From the IMG/VR virus record IMGVR_UViG_3300046804_006785: DNA of 64,000 nt; one strand, 5' to 3'. The translations under genes were made by a program, and so were the position numbers. Shown here in pieces: positions 62,001 to 64,000 of this stretch. The notes under the pieces are model-generated. The model did not search any database. It was not told the origin of the DNA and worked only from the letters and a program-made list of their open reading frames with translations. This DNA comes from a virus. Within the stretch, counting starts at the first letter, position 1, and each line of letters opens with the position of its first letter.

Positions 62001-62291
62001 ATGCCAAACACAGTGACTTATGATGTGCCTATAGAATTGCAATTAACTATAGACATTTTAGAAACAATTTTAAGTGCTAATAATTTTTGGTTTAATGATC
62101 ATGGTACTTGGTTTCATAATTATAAACCTGTAGGGATTAGCATAAGTTGGGATACAGAAATGCAGCACATATTTATCAATATGACAGGTGATGGTGCTAA
62201 AGCAATTCCAATTAAAGTTAGTATCAACGATATTGACTTGAGCAAAGCGATATTACGTAATTTGATATTTGCTATCCATCGCGTTTGTTAA
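62001..62291 (+). CDS. Hypothetical protein
   Basis: 96-aa ORF. Confidence 0.55.
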   Translation: MPNTVTYDVPIELQLTIDILETILSANNFWFNDHGTWFHNYKPVGISISWDTEMQHIFINMTGDGAKAIPIKVSINDIDLSKAILRNLIFAIHRVC

Positions 62292-62302
62292 ACAACAATA
62301 AA

Positions 62303-62336
62303 GAACCCATCAGCTATATGTTGATGGGTTTTTTTG
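62303..62336 (+). terminator. Intrinsic terminator
   Basis: AACCCATCAGC/GTTGATGGGTT plus T run. Confidence 0.8.
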
Positions 62337-62397
62337 TGCTTATTATATTTAAGCATGATTACAGATATAATAATATCTATTTTGCAATAACTTAATT

Positions 62398-63012
62398 ATG
62401 ACTTTTAGTATTGATATTCCCCATTTTAAATGCTTTATTCAGAAAGCCTTTCTTTATGATTGGGATTCACAACAAACAGGTTTTGTTCCTGTACGAGTAT
62501 TTGGACTGACTTCTATTCCTGGTCGCTCTGTTGGTTTCAACTTAATGACTAACCAAGGGGCGCAATTTGCTAGAGTTCCGGTTCATGCTCTAGCTTGGAA
62601 GGAAGATGGTGAGCAGTTGCCATTGGATTGGTTACAGTTGTGGGATTGTTTGAGTTATGAACCCTGTGCAATAGCTTATTCATATCTTCATGAACTACGC
62701 TGTAAAACTATTTTGAAAGACGGGAATTGGTACGGTGGCGAATATATGTTTACTATTGATTGGATCGGTGGCGACTGGGCAGAAGACCCTAGTGAACACA
62801 AATGCGGTCATGTTTTAAAATTAGATAACGGTTGTTTTACCATACAACCAAATAATAGAATTGTTTGGTTTGATCCGAGTTTTATAACTGAACCCCTAGC
62901 AGGTAATCCAGGTTACAAAATACATACTCACAAGTACAAGAGCGAATCTTCTGGTAAGTGGGCATCGGAAAATAGTGACAACTTCTTCTATGGCACTAGT
63001 CCAATTGAGTAA
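62398..63012 (+). CDS. Hypothetical phage protein
   Basis: 204 aa; LQLWDC, YMFTIDW, HKCGH, QPNNR motifs. Confidence 0.7.
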   Translation: MTFSIDIPHFKCFIQKAFLYDWDSQQTGFVPVRVFGLTSIPGRSVGFNLMTNQGAQFARVPVHALAWKEDGEQLPLDWLQLWDCLSYEPCAIAYSYLHELRCKTILKDGNWYGGEYMFTIDWIGGDWAEDPSEHKCGHVLKLDNGCFTIQPNNRIVWFDPSFITEPLAGNPGYKIHTHKYKSESSGKWASENSDNFFYGTSPIE

Positions 63013-63047
63013 AAATAAAAGCACTCATAATGAGTGCTTAAATTATC

Positions 63048-63236
63048 CTATTCTGTTTTAATAGCATCAGCTAAACCCCATTGATGCTTTAGTAATTGTT
63101 TGTATGTTACTTCTTGTACTAGCATCTGTTCATACAGTTTAACTAAGAGGTTTTGAGCATCTTCTTTAGACATTTGTGCTACTTGCTGTCTGAAGGATGC
63201 TATCTGGAATTGTTGCTCTATTTTTAGGTTATTCAT
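63048..63236 (-). CDS. nblA: Phycobilisome degradation protein NblA
   Basis: LKIEQQFQIASF..QV.QMS.E.AQ..LVKLYEQM.....YK.LLKHQWG matches NblA pattern. Confidence 0.9.
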   Translation of the reverse strand: MNNLKIEQQFQIASFRQQVAQMSKEDAQNLLVKLYEQMLVQEVTYKQLLKHQWGLADAIKTE

Positions 63237-63468
63237 AATCTTTGTTACTTTCTCTTACTTTGTCACTTGCTACCAGTTCCCAACCACATTTAAACAACTT
63301 CTGATAGGTTGCCCAGCCTTTGCTGCCACCTTGGATTTTATGATCGGGTATTTTGAGGTGAGTGAATACTGTATAGGGTCTAAAGGGCTGTGTAGGGTCA
63401 GGTTGTAGGAATAATATTTTAGTGCCGTCTCCTACTGTGGATGATAGCCACGCCATTTTACCAGGCAT
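63229..63468 (-). CDS. Hypothetical protein
   Basis: 79-aa ORF overlapping nblA start. Confidence 0.6.
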   Translation of the reverse strand: MPGKMAWLSSTVGDGTKILFLQPDPTQPFRPYTVFTHLKIPDHKIQGGSKGWATYQKLFKCGWELVASDKVRESNKDYE

Positions 63469-63523
63469 AGGTCAAATATTTTAACGTTTCAATCAGTATA
63501 TGTTTTATTTTATATTTTGGCAA

Positions 63524-63775
63524 TTAAAAAGGGTCTCTTAATGTATGACACTCACAAATACCCGTGTTTACTTCTAAAAATATAGACGCGTTGCTGTCCT
63601 CTTGAAACAGAGTACAGACAAACCCTAATTGCTGACTGACTTTTCCTTTACCAATTTCTTTATTCCAAGGATGGCAGTGCACAGGAATTAAATATTGGCA
63701 ACTAGCGCAACTTTTTCCTTCTAAAGATTTTGGATAATTACTCATGATTAATGTCTTTAAATTATTTATGATCAA
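63524..63775 (-). CDS. Small Cys-rich hypothetical protein
   Basis: CASC...C...CECH. Confidence 0.5.
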   Translation of the reverse strand: MIINNLKTLIMSNYPKSLEGKSCASCQYLIPVHCHPWNKEIGKGKVSQQLGFVCTLFQEDSNASIFLEVNTGICECHTLRDPF

Positions 63776-64000
63776 ATGTTAAGTTATCATTTCCTGTTTT
63801 AACAAATAAAAAACTCCTTACTTATTAGGGAGTTTTTTAATTTTATTTTACTTATCCCAGCTATATGGCTGTAAGTACAAAAAGAAAAACATTTTGTGGT
63901 TTATGTCATCAGTTTCTTCTTTAGTTAGCAAACTAACCCAGGCTTTAGTTGCCATACATAAACGTTCAAATCCGTAAATAAAACGTTCAAAGTTTGTCAT

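Overview
AT-rich segment of a large, probably temperate siphovirus of filamentous cyanobacteria (Nostocales-like; host inferred from nblA, HIP1 octamers, a cyanobacterial-type IS200/IS605 element and an XisF-like large serine recombinase). 1-33.6 kb is the virion module: head-tail adaptors, tail tube, a tail-assembly chaperone with an unannotated -1 frameshift extension, a 5399-aa tape measure protein with four putative peptidoglycan-active domains, an inverted portal gene, lambda K/I/J/M/L-like tail-tip genes and two 7-repeat beta-propeller proteins. 33.9-64 kb holds small genes behind a family of near-consensus sigma70 promoters, two tandem DnaN-like clamps, HU, two methyltransferases, an intein-containing class II RNR, integrase, tmk, thyX, dut and nblA. 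The strongest unexplained signals are non-coding: (1) a ~920-nt promoter-driven, ORF-free, hairpin- and pseudoknot-rich candidate giant ncRNA (35.2-36.1 kb); (2) an IS200/IS605 element with two identical TnpB reRNA scaffolds carrying different guides around captured cargo; (3) a solitary 37-nt CRISPR-repeat-like unit in its own short transcription unit (possible RNA anti-CRISPR). All family calls are by eye from motifs; no searches were run.
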